64,000 bases of DNA from Blastocatellia bacterium. GTDB taxonomy: Bacteria > Acidobacteriota > Blastocatellia > RBC074. The position numbers and the translations under genes were made by a program. Below, piece by piece: positions 8,130-16,850 of the stretch. The stretch spans positions 82,927 through 146,926 of the forward strand of contig JANNYF010000088.1 in NCBI GenBank assembly GCA_031409955.1, in the 5' to 3' direction. How positions within the stretch are numbered: the first letter of the stretch is position 1; each line of letters starts with the position of its first letter. The notes beneath the pieces are model-generated. The model was not told where the DNA came from. It did no database searches and was given only the letters and a program-made list of their open reading frames with translations.

Positions 8130-9311
8130 TCAGCGAATCTCAAAAGGTAATTTGACAGAGGACGTCTTGAGGTGTCGCTCTACGCCTGTAAATAAATCCA
8201 CTTCAAACGCCTTGCCAATATTGTTGCCTGCGAGGTCTTCCACGGTTGTCTGGATGACCAGATCATACGTGCCACGCGGCCACGCCAGGTTGGGTGTAAA
8301 GCTCCAACGTTGCTCATGGTCTTCCAGCTTCACTTGGCCTGGCACAATCTGTCCGGCTGCGGTTACAACGGTGATGAGCCGTGATGATAACGCATGATCC
8401 ATCGGTTCTGGAAATAGCAGGACGAGCGGTTCGCGCGTGCCGGAAGACAGCGCGCTTATTTGCCAGCGCTGGGGATCAGGCGGTTCGCGGTCGGGCGCGA
8501 CGACGCGGAATGATTTCTGAAATTCTACTTTGAGTGGTGCGCCATTGCCGTCTTTCCAGGCTTGGCGAATGACCAGCGTATAACTCTTTCCGGTTTCCAA
8601 GGACGGGCCGATTTCTTCCAGCGGCAACACGCCGCGCTTGATGCGACCGGGATCAATGAATACGGTCAAGCGCGTCAAGGTCGTGTCCCACAACTCCTCG
8701 TCAATTTCCAGAAACGGCAATTCGACTTGCTTGCCTTTGTCGTCGCGCAGTTGAATAAATTCGTAAATGCCACCGCGTTGCATCGGCGCAGAAAAGTGCA
8801 GATAAAACTTGAGCAGGTTTTCCGGCACGACCGCGCCGCTGGGATAGACAGCCGTGATGATTGTCGTCGGCGTGACGTCGCGCGGCGGCAACCGAAAGGT
8901 GCTGGTGATGGGCGCTGCGATCACGTTGCCAGGCAACTGCGTGGGGCGAAACTCGGCGCGATAGCCCAAGCCCGGCTCCATTGGAAACTGCGGCGCAAAG
9001 CGCAACACATTGCCTTGCACACGATACGCGCCGAGCATCGCTACGTCAGCGGTTGCCGTGTACACGGCAAACAATCGTTGCCATTGCGACGGCTGCCAGC
9101 GAACGCGTTGCAGTTGTTGCAGCGTCGCGGCATTCAAGCCGATGATTTCGACCGCGATTTTATGGGTGTTGGTTGCATCAGGCGTCCAGCGAATGGTTTG
9201 CGCTTGCGCGGTCACAACGCAAAGGAACAAAGCGACAAAGCGGCAAAGAAACCGCTGATGGCTCTTTGTCGCTTTGTCGCTTTGTTCCTTTGCGTTGAAG
9301 ATTCGCGTCAT
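8130..9311 (-). CDS. Exported hypothetical protein
   Basis: 393-aa ORF with a signal-like segment FVALFLCVVTAQA. Its start codon and first ~25 codons lie inside a tandem-repeat palindrome (9218-9294). It starts 6 nt downstream of the upstream gene's stop (stop at 9317-9319). Confidence 0.55.
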   Translation of the reverse strand: MTRIFNAKEQSDKATKSHQRFLCRFVALFLCVVTAQAQTIRWTPDATNTHKIAVEIIGLNAATLQQLQRVRWQPSQWQRLFAVYTATADVAMLGAYRVQGNVLRFAPQFPMEPGLGYRAEFRPTQLPGNVIAAPITSTFRLPPRDVTPTTIITAVYPSGAVVPENLLKFYLHFSAPMQRGGIYEFIQLRDDKGKQVELPFLEIDEELWDTTLTRLTVFIDPGRIKRGVLPLEEIGPSLETGKSYTLVIRQAWKDGNGAPLKVEFQKSFRVVAPDREPPDPQRWQISALSSGTREPLVLLFPEPMDHALSSRLITVVTAAGQIVPGQVKLEDHEQRWSFTPNLAWPRGTYDLVIQTTVEDLAGNNIGKAFEVDLFTGVERHLKTSSVKLPFEIR

Positions 9312-9316
9312 CGTTA

Positions 9317-10429
9317 TTACGGCAGCGGCAGCGTTTCGAGGTTCAGCGTGCCACCTTCTGCGCGGCGCACCACGATGGCATGTTTGCTATCGAAACGATC
9401 CAATTGATCTACGCCTGTCCACGCTTCAATGGTCTCGTAGGTCATGCCCTTTTTATCCGGCACGGGCGCGAGGATGCTTTCTGCGCCGGCAATGTTTTCG
9501 GTCGTGATCTTCATCACACCGCGACTGCTATTGGCCATCAGCAAATAATGCTTGCCGTCGCGTTGATAGACGATCATATCCAGCGGACGATTGCGGTTGC
9601 CGAGTTCCGCGATGGTTTTGCCTTGCAGCTTCGCGCCGGGTTTCAAATCGCTGATCGGGATTTGTACGAGCGGCGTGCAGGTGTACGCGGTCAACAGATG
9701 ATCGGTAGTGCCAATCTTGAAGGACGTGAAGGTGCGAACCGGCGCGCGCGTTTCAAAGCGTCCGTGTGCGCCGTGATAAATCTCCACGGTGGTTCCGCTC
9801 GCCACTGCTTTGAACGGGAAAGGAACGGCACGCAGGGTGGAAGCAAACTCTTCATTTGCCAGCCCTGCGACGAACAAACGACCATCTACAAACGCGATGT
9901 CGGTGATGGACTCAAGGCGCGGGTTGCTGGCACGATTGCCTTCGCCCATTATTTTGTCAGCGGGCGCATCGGGCAAATCCGCGCGGGAATACTTCACATT
10001 GTCGAGGGCGACGACCTCGATCTTACCGTCTGTTTTGACGCGCACCAACACGGGCATCGCATCGGCTCCGCGTCCGCGCGACACGGACAGATAGGCATTA
10101 CGCGAGACTGGATTGATCGCCAAATCCACAATCAAAATTTGATCTGCTGTGGTGCCGAGCAGCGCCGCAATTTTTTGATTGATGCCTTCGACTTTGAGCA
10201 GTGGCGTGCCTGCCGCAGCTTTCACATCACCTGTTGCGATGGCTATGATAGCGGCGGCCTTTGTGTCAGCCACAAACAGAACGCCGTCTGGGCCAAAGGC
10301 TAAGGGGCCGACTGATTTCAGTTCGAGCTTGCCTTCTGCCATACCTGCCGTCCACCGGGGGGCAGCCATTGCCGTTTGCAACACGACGCAACAAACCACG
10401 AGTGTCAGAAAAAGAGAAAACCGTTTCAT
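9317..10429 (-). CDS. Exported hypothetical protein (beta-rich)
   Basis: Signal peptide MKRFSLFLTLVVCCVVLQTAMA. No recognisable catalytic motif. First gene downstream of the receptor terminator hairpin. Confidence 0.6.
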   Translation of the reverse strand: MKRFSLFLTLVVCCVVLQTAMAAPRWTAGMAEGKLELKSVGPLAFGPDGVLFVADTKAAAIIAIATGDVKAAAGTPLLKVEGINQKIAALLGTTADQILIVDLAINPVSRNAYLSVSRGRGADAMPVLVRVKTDGKIEVVALDNVKYSRADLPDAPADKIMGEGNRASNPRLESITDIAFVDGRLFVAGLANEEFASTLRAVPFPFKAVASGTTVEIYHGAHGRFETRAPVRTFTSFKIGTTDHLLTAYTCTPLVQIPISDLKPGAKLQGKTIAELGNRNRPLDMIVYQRDGKHYLLMANSSRGVMKITTENIAGAESILAPVPDKKGMTYETIEAWTGVDQLDRFDSKHAIVVRRAEGGTLNLETLPLP

Positions 10430-10530
10430 TCAAAAACTCCTTTGGTTGAGAACTTAAAACTGGAAATGGGAATGCACGCCAGCCAAGACGCGGGGGCAGG
10501 GCAATTGGTTTCGAGGTTGATAAAAAAGTC

Positions 10531-10573
10531 GAGCCGGCTGGATGGCAACTGCGCGCTGCCATCCAGCCGGCTC
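10531..10573. terminator. Perfect 17-bp stem hairpin downstream of the receptor gene 10588-14028
   Basis: gagccggctggatggca-actgcgcgc-tgccatccagccggctc. Confidence 0.6.
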
Positions 10574-10587
10574 AATCATCTGGTCAG

Positions 10588-13500
10588 TTAGAAATTCAGC
10601 TTCAGCCCCATCACAATGCGCCGCGCGTTGGCTGCTGACGTGTAGGAACCAAACAGCGCATTGACTTGATTGTTGTTCGCGTCAAACCGCGCCGTCGTAT
10701 CTACGCCGGTGAATTGCGTGTGGTTGAAAGCGTTGTACATCTCCAGGCGATACTGCAACCGCACCCCGCCATCTTTCGAGAGATTGAAGGTCTTGAACAG
10801 CGAGATGTCCCAGTTGTTCGTGCCGGGCAAGCGGAACAGGTCTTTTGCGGCGTTGCCTCGGCCAAAATCGCCCGCCGTTGTGGGCGGAAGAACGGAACTA
10901 ACATTCAGATGACAGCCTCCCACTGCGGTCGTCTGCGCTGCCGTATTCGTGGCGGCAAAGGGGTGGGCGCAGAGCGAATTGCGCTGATCGCGCGCCAGCA
11001 CGGGATTGGCAATCAACAGAACTCGACTGTCCACGCCCGCGCCGCCGCCGCCGACCAAGTCACGCGCCGCTACCAGTGCGTAACCGATGCCCGATGGCGC
11101 TCCACTGATGAAGGATGTGACGCCAGACAATTCCCAGCCTCCAAAGATCTGGCGCGACACCGCATTGTCCCAGTATTTGCTCAGACTGGGCACACGGTAG
11201 ACGTAATTGAATACGAAATTGTGCGTGCGGTCGAAATTGAATCTGCCGTAATTCCGCACCTTGCGATCAATGAACGGATTGATGGCGTCACCGTTGCCGT
11301 TGACCAGACTCATCGCCTTCGACCAGGTGTAACTCACACCGTAGGACAGGCTGCTCGACAGACGGCGATTCAATTGCACCTGCAACGAATGGTAGTTGGA
11401 GTTGCCGCCCGTTTCGATCAACTGAATATCGGCATAGCCTTTGATCGGGCGCAGGAAGTTATCGGGCAACGGCGTCGTTCCGCCTGACACCGTCGGATCA
11501 ATACTCGACGCCAGGAACCGCGCGCCATAGGGCACAGCGTTCAGGCTGAGCCGTTGCAGCAAGTGCCGCGCCAGCGAACCGACGTACGCCACATCAAGCA
11601 CCGTGTTGTAGCCGATGTCGCGTTGCACGCCGAGGCTGAAGTTGTAGACCGCCGTCGGGGAAAATGTCGGGTCTACGGCATTGACGCCCGCCGGACTGGT
11701 GCTGAGGGGTGTTGCCAGCAAGTCTTTGATGGTCGTGAAATTGGCCGTGCGCGTAATGATGTTCGGCGGCTGCTCGCGTTGCTGCAATACCTGATCGTCA
11801 TTGAAGCGGTCGTAGAACACGCCGATACCGCCGCGAATCGAGGTCTTGCCGTCTCCAAAAACGTCGTAGGCAAAGCCGATGCGTGGTGCTACCTGAATCG
11901 GCGGTGTTTTGAAGACGCGCTCTGACACTTGCTTCATGCCTTGGAACGGCGTGCCCGTGCCATCCGCGAAGGTGCCGATCTTGACGGAGGGCGCAGTCGC
12001 CCCGGTGATCGGATTGCGGGCCAATTTGACGGCGTTCGAGCAGGGATTGACGTTGTTCGGACAATAAGGCGTCATCAGCGCTGGTTGCTTCGTGGCGTCA
12101 TAGAGCGAACGGTCGAAATATACCAACGAATCGCCTTCGCTGTAGGTTGGTTCGATGTAATAAAAGCGCACGCCCGCATCCACCGAGAACCGTTTGGCCA
12201 ACTTCCAATTGTCCTGCACAAACCATTCCACATTGCGATACCGCGCGTGACCATCGAGCTTGTTGTTCGATTCGGTGTAGGCGTTGATGGAGCCGATCAG
12301 TGCATTGGCGAACGGGTGATTGGTGTCCTGCGGATTGTTGACGTTGCGATCAAAATTGAACGTGCCGTTGAAGGCCGCTGAGCGCGCCGCGTTGCGTGTG
12401 GTGTATTCAAAATAGAAGCCGGTCTTGAGATTGTGATTGCCTTTGATCCACGACAGGTTATCCGACCAGTTCCAGATGTTATTCGTGCCAAAGAACGGGA
12501 AGCGTTGTTCGATGTTGAGTTGCGTCGGATTCGAGATGCCACCGAACGTCGCATTCGGCACGAGGCGCAGCGGGTTCGCTCCGGGGAAAAATTGCGGCAA
12601 GGTTAGCCCTAATTTGACGCGGTCGTTGCGGTCAATGCCTTCCTGATTCAGCGGCGCAACCGTTTGCAACGCGCGGTTGATGCCGAAGGTGGCTTCATTC
12701 GTCAACGTCGGCGAGAAGCTGTGAATCAAGGTGCTGACCAGACCGCGACTTTCGATCTGATATTTGATCGGGAATTGCGGCCAGACGTTCGACGCCAGCA
12801 CAAAATTGAAGTCGCCCTTGAAGGCTTCGTAATTCTGAATGCCGCGCGCATAAAAAGTCGTCTTCTGCGAAATGTTCCAGTCCATGCGCAAAATCTCTTC
12901 GCGGCGCGGTTGATCCACCTGGCTCTGGAAGACGTTATTGAAAGTATTCGCCGAGTTGCTGAAATTCGGCAGCGGGAAGATGTTGAGCAGTTTCTGCCCG
13001 TTGGCGTCAATGCGGTTGGCCGGAATGATGTTGCCGGGGAAGCAGGCCGTCGTATCGGTCAGCGTGCAGGCGCCGGTTTTGAGCGGATCGCGCACCGGAA
13101 TCAAGCGACCATTCGTGTCGAGGCTCTGCGAGAAGTTGCCTGCGCGTTCGAGCGCTGTCGGATAGGTGATCGTGCCTTGCCGCGTGGGATACAGGCGCGG
13201 CAGATATTCCTGCGACCAGAAAAAGAACAGCTTGTCGCGGTTCTTATTGAAGTTCGTGCCGGGAATCAGGACGGGGCCGCCGATAGTGCCGCCCCAGTAA
13301 TTGAACCGGTAGCGCGGTTTGGCCACGTTGCGCAGATTATTGAAAAATTCGTTGGCGTTGAATTGCTCGTGGCGTTTGAAATAAAAACCGCCGCCATGAA
13401 AATCGCGCGTGCCATTTTTGATGACCACGTTAATCGTGCCGCCGGAACTGCGTCCGTACTCAGCTTGATAATTCGTCAGCAATACTTTGACTTCGCCGAT

Positions 13501-14028
13501 GGCATCGAGACCAGGCGCAAGATACGGCCCCAATTGCGAACCAGTGTCGAGCGACGAGACGCCATCCAGCGTCAGATTGATCGTACCCGGGCGGCTGCCA
13601 TTGATGCTGACGCCGACCAGATTGTTCCAGCCCGGTGCTTCGCGGTTGGCCGTGTCAACGACGCCGGGCAGCAACTTGACCAGCCCCATATAATCGCGGC
13701 CTTTGAGCGCGATGCTTTGAATTTGTTGTTCGTCAATCAAACCCGCGCGTTCGGCGCTTTCCGTTTTCACGTAGGTTTGTTCTGCCGTCACCGTGACGGT
13801 CTGACTCACATCGCCCACTTCCAGTGCAACTTTGCCTACTGGAACGCGTTCGTTGGCGGTGACTACAATGCCTTTGCGCTCGAATCTCTTGAAGCCGCTG
13901 GCCGTCACCGTGATTGTGTATGTTCCCGGCAGTAATTGCGGAGCCACAAAGTTTCCTTCGCTGTCGGCACTTACCGTCACGATGCGCGCTGTCTCCTCAT
14001 TTGTAACTTCGACTTTGGCATTAGGCAC
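10588..14028 (-). CDS. TonB-dependent receptor-like outer-membrane protein (carboxypeptidase-regulatory-like domain + plug + barrel). It is separated from its own signal peptide by an in-frame TAA
   Basis: 1146 aa. N-terminus ...ISGTLADTQGSIVPNAKVEVTNEETARIV, C-terminal ...LKLNF. Upstream, in frame: ATG (14166, SD GGAGG) - MTQLFCRSMAQSVALCLTLVLLCGAGWAQGLTG - TAA (14065-14067). Confidence 0.8.
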   Translation of the reverse strand: MPNAKVEVTNEETARIVTVSADSEGNFVAPQLLPGTYTITVTASGFKRFERKGIVVTANERVPVGKVALEVGDVSQTVTVTAEQTYVKTESAERAGLIDEQQIQSIALKGRDYMGLVKLLPGVVDTANREAPGWNNLVGVSINGSRPGTINLTLDGVSSLDTGSQLGPYLAPGLDAIGEVKVLLTNYQAEYGRSSGGTINVVIKNGTRDFHGGGFYFKRHEQFNANEFFNNLRNVAKPRYRFNYWGGTIGGPVLIPGTNFNKNRDKLFFFWSQEYLPRLYPTRQGTITYPTALERAGNFSQSLDTNGRLIPVRDPLKTGACTLTDTTACFPGNIIPANRIDANGQKLLNIFPLPNFSNSANTFNNVFQSQVDQPRREEILRMDWNISQKTTFYARGIQNYEAFKGDFNFVLASNVWPQFPIKYQIESRGLVSTLIHSFSPTLTNEATFGINRALQTVAPLNQEGIDRNDRVKLGLTLPQFFPGANPLRLVPNATFGGISNPTQLNIEQRFPFFGTNNIWNWSDNLSWIKGNHNLKTGFYFEYTTRNAARSAAFNGTFNFDRNVNNPQDTNHPFANALIGSINAYTESNNKLDGHARYRNVEWFVQDNWKLAKRFSVDAGVRFYYIEPTYSEGDSLVYFDRSLYDATKQPALMTPYCPNNVNPCSNAVKLARNPITGATAPSVKIGTFADGTGTPFQGMKQVSERVFKTPPIQVAPRIGFAYDVFGDGKTSIRGGIGVFYDRFNDDQVLQQREQPPNIITRTANFTTIKDLLATPLSTSPAGVNAVDPTFSPTAVYNFSLGVQRDIGYNTVLDVAYVGSLARHLLQRLSLNAVPYGARFLASSIDPTVSGGTTPLPDNFLRPIKGYADIQLIETGGNSNYHSLQVQLNRRLSSSLSYGVSYTWSKAMSLVNGNGDAINPFIDRKVRNYGRFNFDRTHNFVFNYVYRVPSLSKYWDNAVSRQIFGGWELSGVTSFISGAPSGIGYALVAARDLVGGGGAGVDSRVLLIANPVLARDQRNSLCAHPFAATNTAAQTTAVGGCHLNVSSVLPPTTAGDFGRGNAAKDLFRLPGTNNWDISLFKTFNLSKDGGVRLQYRLEMYNAFNHTQFTGVDTTARFDANNNQVNALFGSYTSAANARRIVMGLKLNF

Positions 14029-14302
14029 GATGCTGCCTTGCGTATCCGCCAGAGTGCCAGAGATTTAACCGGTTAAGCCTTGCGCCCATCCCGCTCCACA
14101 GAGCAGGACAAGTGTCAGGCAAAGAGCGACCGATTGCGCCATTGACCTACAAAATAGTTGCGTCATGTTGCCTCCTGTTTAGGGTTCAGTTGATGAAAGG
14201 TAGAGCGTTAGTACCACTAAACTTTGGATGGGTCAAATCAGGCAGGGAAACTTGGAAGCAAAAAGCAAAAGTTAAAAGCGCGGCACTTATTTTTTCATGA
14301 AG

Positions 14303-14432
14303 AGGGTAGCGCAAACTGTTAGTTTGCGATGTTCGCCATATAACGCCTGCAAAGGAACCATGCCGTCGAACACCTTATTTCCATTAGGGTATCTGTCATT
14401 CAACCACGCAAACTGACAGTTTGCGCTACTCT
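14303..14432. promoter_or_regulatory. Paired near-palindromes CGCAAACTGTTAGTTTGCG (14310-14328) and CGCAAACTGACAGTTTGCG (14407-14425), ~130 nt upstream of the receptor start at 14166
   Basis: Each site is an internal 19-bp palindrome. The flanks AGAGGGTAGCG/CGCTACTCT are themselves inverted. Same core as the 16645-16751 pair. Confidence 0.6.
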
Positions 14433-14472
14433 GGCGAAGGCACTTCTGATTCCTTCTGCTCTGAGCCGACCA

Positions 14473-15258
14473 TCAAAGCGTGCGCAAATGAAATCCGCCG
14501 TCTACGTTGATGACTTCACCGGTTGAATATGGCAGATCGCCGTGTGCAATGGCGGCAACTGCGCGCCCGATGTCTTCGGGCTGTCCCCAACGGCGCAACG
14601 GCCACGCGCCCTGTGCAATCAGGTGATCGTATTTTTCCTGCACGCCCGCAGTCATATCCGTCGCAATCACACCGGGGCGGATTTCATAAACGTTGATGCC
14701 AAACTCCGCCAGACGCGCGGCAAACAACGCCGTCATCATTCCCAGTCCCGCTTTGGCGACGCAATAGTCGCCGCGATTGACCGACGCCGTGAAGGCAGAA
14801 ACGGACGAAATCGTCACGATGCGTGGCAGGCCAGACGAGCCAAAAGCATTCGTCTGAACCTGCGCGATCATTTGCCGCGCAACGATTTGCGTCAGGAAAT
14901 ACGGGCCTTTCAGGTTGATGTTGATGAGGCGATCAAACGATTCTTCGCCTGCTTCCAGAACATCAGCCCGAACATTGGGAGCCACGCCTGCATTGTTGAC
15001 CAGCAAATCAATCCGACTGTATGCCGCCAGCGTTTCACTCACGAGCCGCGCTCGATCTTCTGCCAGCGAAATATCCGCGCGCACCGTGATGCCATCGCCG
15101 CCTGCTGCGCGCACAAGTTGCAAGCAGTCGTCCGCCGCGCTTGCGTTGCCCGCATAGTTGATAACAACGGCGTGACCGAGCTTGGCCAGTTCAAGCGCAA
15201 TGCCGCGCCCGATGCCGCGTCCAGCGCCTGTGACCAATGAAATCGGGCGTTCGCTCAT
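14473..15258 (-). CDS. SDR-family oxidoreductase (KduD/FabG-like)
   Basis: [21 protein letters not shown] Rossmann motif, catalytic S...YxxxK (YCVAK), NNAG. There is a 4-nt overlap with the upstream GH88 gene. Confidence 0.8.
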   Translation of the reverse strand: MSERPISLVTGAGRGIGRGIALELAKLGHAVVINYAGNASAADDCLQLVRAAGGDGITVRADISLAEDRARLVSETLAAYSRIDLLVNNAGVAPNVRADVLEAGEESFDRLININLKGPYFLTQIVARQMIAQVQTNAFGSSGLPRIVTISSVSAFTASVNRGDYCVAKAGLGMMTALFAARLAEFGINVYEIRPGVIATDMTAGVQEKYDHLIAQGAWPLRRWGQPEDIGRAVAAIAHGDLPYSTGEVINVDGGFHLRTL

Positions 15259-16520
15259 GGTTGTGTCTCCCCCTGTGATTGTGGAGACGGCATCTCTTCC
15301 TCCGTCGGCCCATCCGCCCATTGCTTCGCCCACGCGGGCAGCGAATCTTCTGGGTACGGTGTCAGGCTTTGCGAAGTCGCTTCTTTGCTGAACGCGGTTA
15401 ATGCTTTGTCGAGCGCTTCCACGAAGAAGTATTCGCCAAACAGCACGGCTTCATGCACGCCGAGATTTTTGTGAATGTGATAGACGCCGCCGTTCAAGAT
15501 GCCTTCAAATCCGGGCATCAAATGACCGAGATATTTTTGCGACAAGGTTTGCAACGAGGTCAGTGCGAAGTCTCGATACGCCCGCGCTTTCGTGCGATCC
15601 GGCACGGCATCGGCTAAATCCAGCAGGCCGGAAGCCGCAATCGCACAGGCCGACGTGTCTACTTGCGATTTCGCCAGAGGCCCCGTTTTCGGCGCGTCAT
15701 AATCCCACGGCGTCACACCATCGGCGGGCGTGTGCTCCAAATAGAAATCCGCATTGAGCATAGCGGTTTGCAAATACTCGCCGCGCTGCGTTTGCAAATA
15801 GGAACGCGTGAAGCCGTAGAGCGACCATGCCAAACCGCGACTCCAACACGAATCGCCGCGATAGCCTTGATGCGTGGTTTGGCGCAAGCATTCGCCCGTT
15901 TCCACATCGAAAATCGCTTCGTGCGCAGTCGAACCATCGCCGCGCACAATCGTTCGCCGCGTCGTCAGGCAATGCCGATGCGCAATGTCCAGCACGTGCG
16001 CGTCGCCCGCTTTTAGCCCCGCATAAAACAGCGTCCCGACGTTCATCATAATGTCTATGAACAACGACGCCGGTTCGACGAACGAGCGCAGATATTGCCC
16101 GCGTTCCATAAATCGCATCGCCATTGTTTTGCCAGCCTGCATCAACAGCGGTTTGATATGTGCCGCCGGGCCGCCCAATTCCAACCAGCGCAGATGCGTC
16201 GAGAAAAACAAAAAGCCAAGGTCATGCACCGCGCGGTCATATTGGCGATTTTCGAGCGGCGTGGCATAGCGGATGGCGTGGTCGAGCCACTCGCTTGCGC
16301 CCGTGCGTTTTGCAAAGACAAACATCATGCCGGGATAAAAACCATCGCACCAATGCGTCCATCGTTTGCGGTCGTGGCCGAATTGCCCGTTGACCGTGTA
16401 CATCGGGTAGTAATCCGCTGGGTATTTTTTCAAAAGCGATTTCACTTGTGCCTGTGCAAAGTCAAAGGCTGTTTGCAGCGTGTGTTGCATCGCTTCACGC
16501 TCGTGCATAGAAATGGGCAT
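15255..16520 (-). CDS. Unsaturated glucuronyl/uronyl hydrolase, glycoside hydrolase family 88
   Basis: [12 protein letters not shown] start with the SD GGAGGAG. GH88-type motifs include WSRGLAW and HDLGF. ~420 aa. Confidence 0.75.
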   Translation of the reverse strand: MPISMHEREAMQHTLQTAFDFAQAQVKSLLKKYPADYYPMYTVNGQFGHDRKRWTHWCDGFYPGMMFVFAKRTGASEWLDHAIRYATPLENRQYDRAVHDLGFLFFSTHLRWLELGGPAAHIKPLLMQAGKTMAMRFMERGQYLRSFVEPASLFIDIMMNVGTLFYAGLKAGDAHVLDIAHRHCLTTRRTIVRGDGSTAHEAIFDVETGECLRQTTHQGYRGDSCWSRGLAWSLYGFTRSYLQTQRGEYLQTAMLNADFYLEHTPADGVTPWDYDAPKTGPLAKSQVDTSACAIAASGLLDLADAVPDRTKARAYRDFALTSLQTLSQKYLGHLMPGFEGILNGGVYHIHKNLGVHEAVLFGEYFFVEALDKALTAFSKEATSQSLTPYPEDSLPAWAKQWADGPTEEEMPSPQSQGETQP

Positions 16521-16644
16521 TCTTTCTCCTCCAGGTTCAGTGGTATGAATTGTTTGATTGCAAGCTGCTGAGTCTGGTATCTCAACGGGTATTCCGTCAA
16601 GGCTTGAAGAGGTAGGCAGTGCGAGTTCAGGCAGCAAAATTTAT

Positions 16645-16751
16645 CCGCTGTTGCGCGAACTGTTAGTTTGCGTCTTCGCTGAGGTAGGCTTGAGTTGCCA
16701 GCAAAGTGTTTGGTCACGACCGACGCAAACTAACAGTTCGCGCAACAGCGG
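16645..16751. promoter_or_regulatory. Perfect 30-bp inverted repeat (16645-16674 / 16722-16751), each arm carrying the near-palindrome CGCGAACTGTTAGTTTGCG. It lies upstream of the GH88-SDR operon
   Basis: CCGCTGTTGCGCGAACTGTTAGTTTGCGTC and its exact reverse complement, separated by 47 nt. Located 125-230 nt upstream of the GH88 start (16520). Confidence 0.6.
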
Positions 16752-16850
16752 CAGCAATAAATTATCTTCCAATCTGCGTTCTGACAGGACAAACAGAAAA
16801 CCGCTCAAGACTCTCGCCCTGAGCGATTTCCCTTCGCGCTTTCAGCAGGT

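Noticed and set aside
10666-13935. Several 270-420-aa plus-strand ORFs (10666-11487, 12664-13935 and others) inside the receptor gene
   Set aside because: They are antisense to a well-supported 1146-aa receptor, with Arg-rich composition and no motifs. They are GC-rich antisense artefacts. The same applies to the antisense ORFs inside the other receptors, GH95, GH67, PL11 and flhA (e.g. 32279-33130, 46550-48082, 36849-37733, 38721-39533, 45275-46063, 3907-4611, 49539-50546).
14112-14300. 62-aa plus-strand ORF in the receptor promoter region
   Set aside because: No RBS. It overlaps the palindromic operator-like element and is probably spurious.
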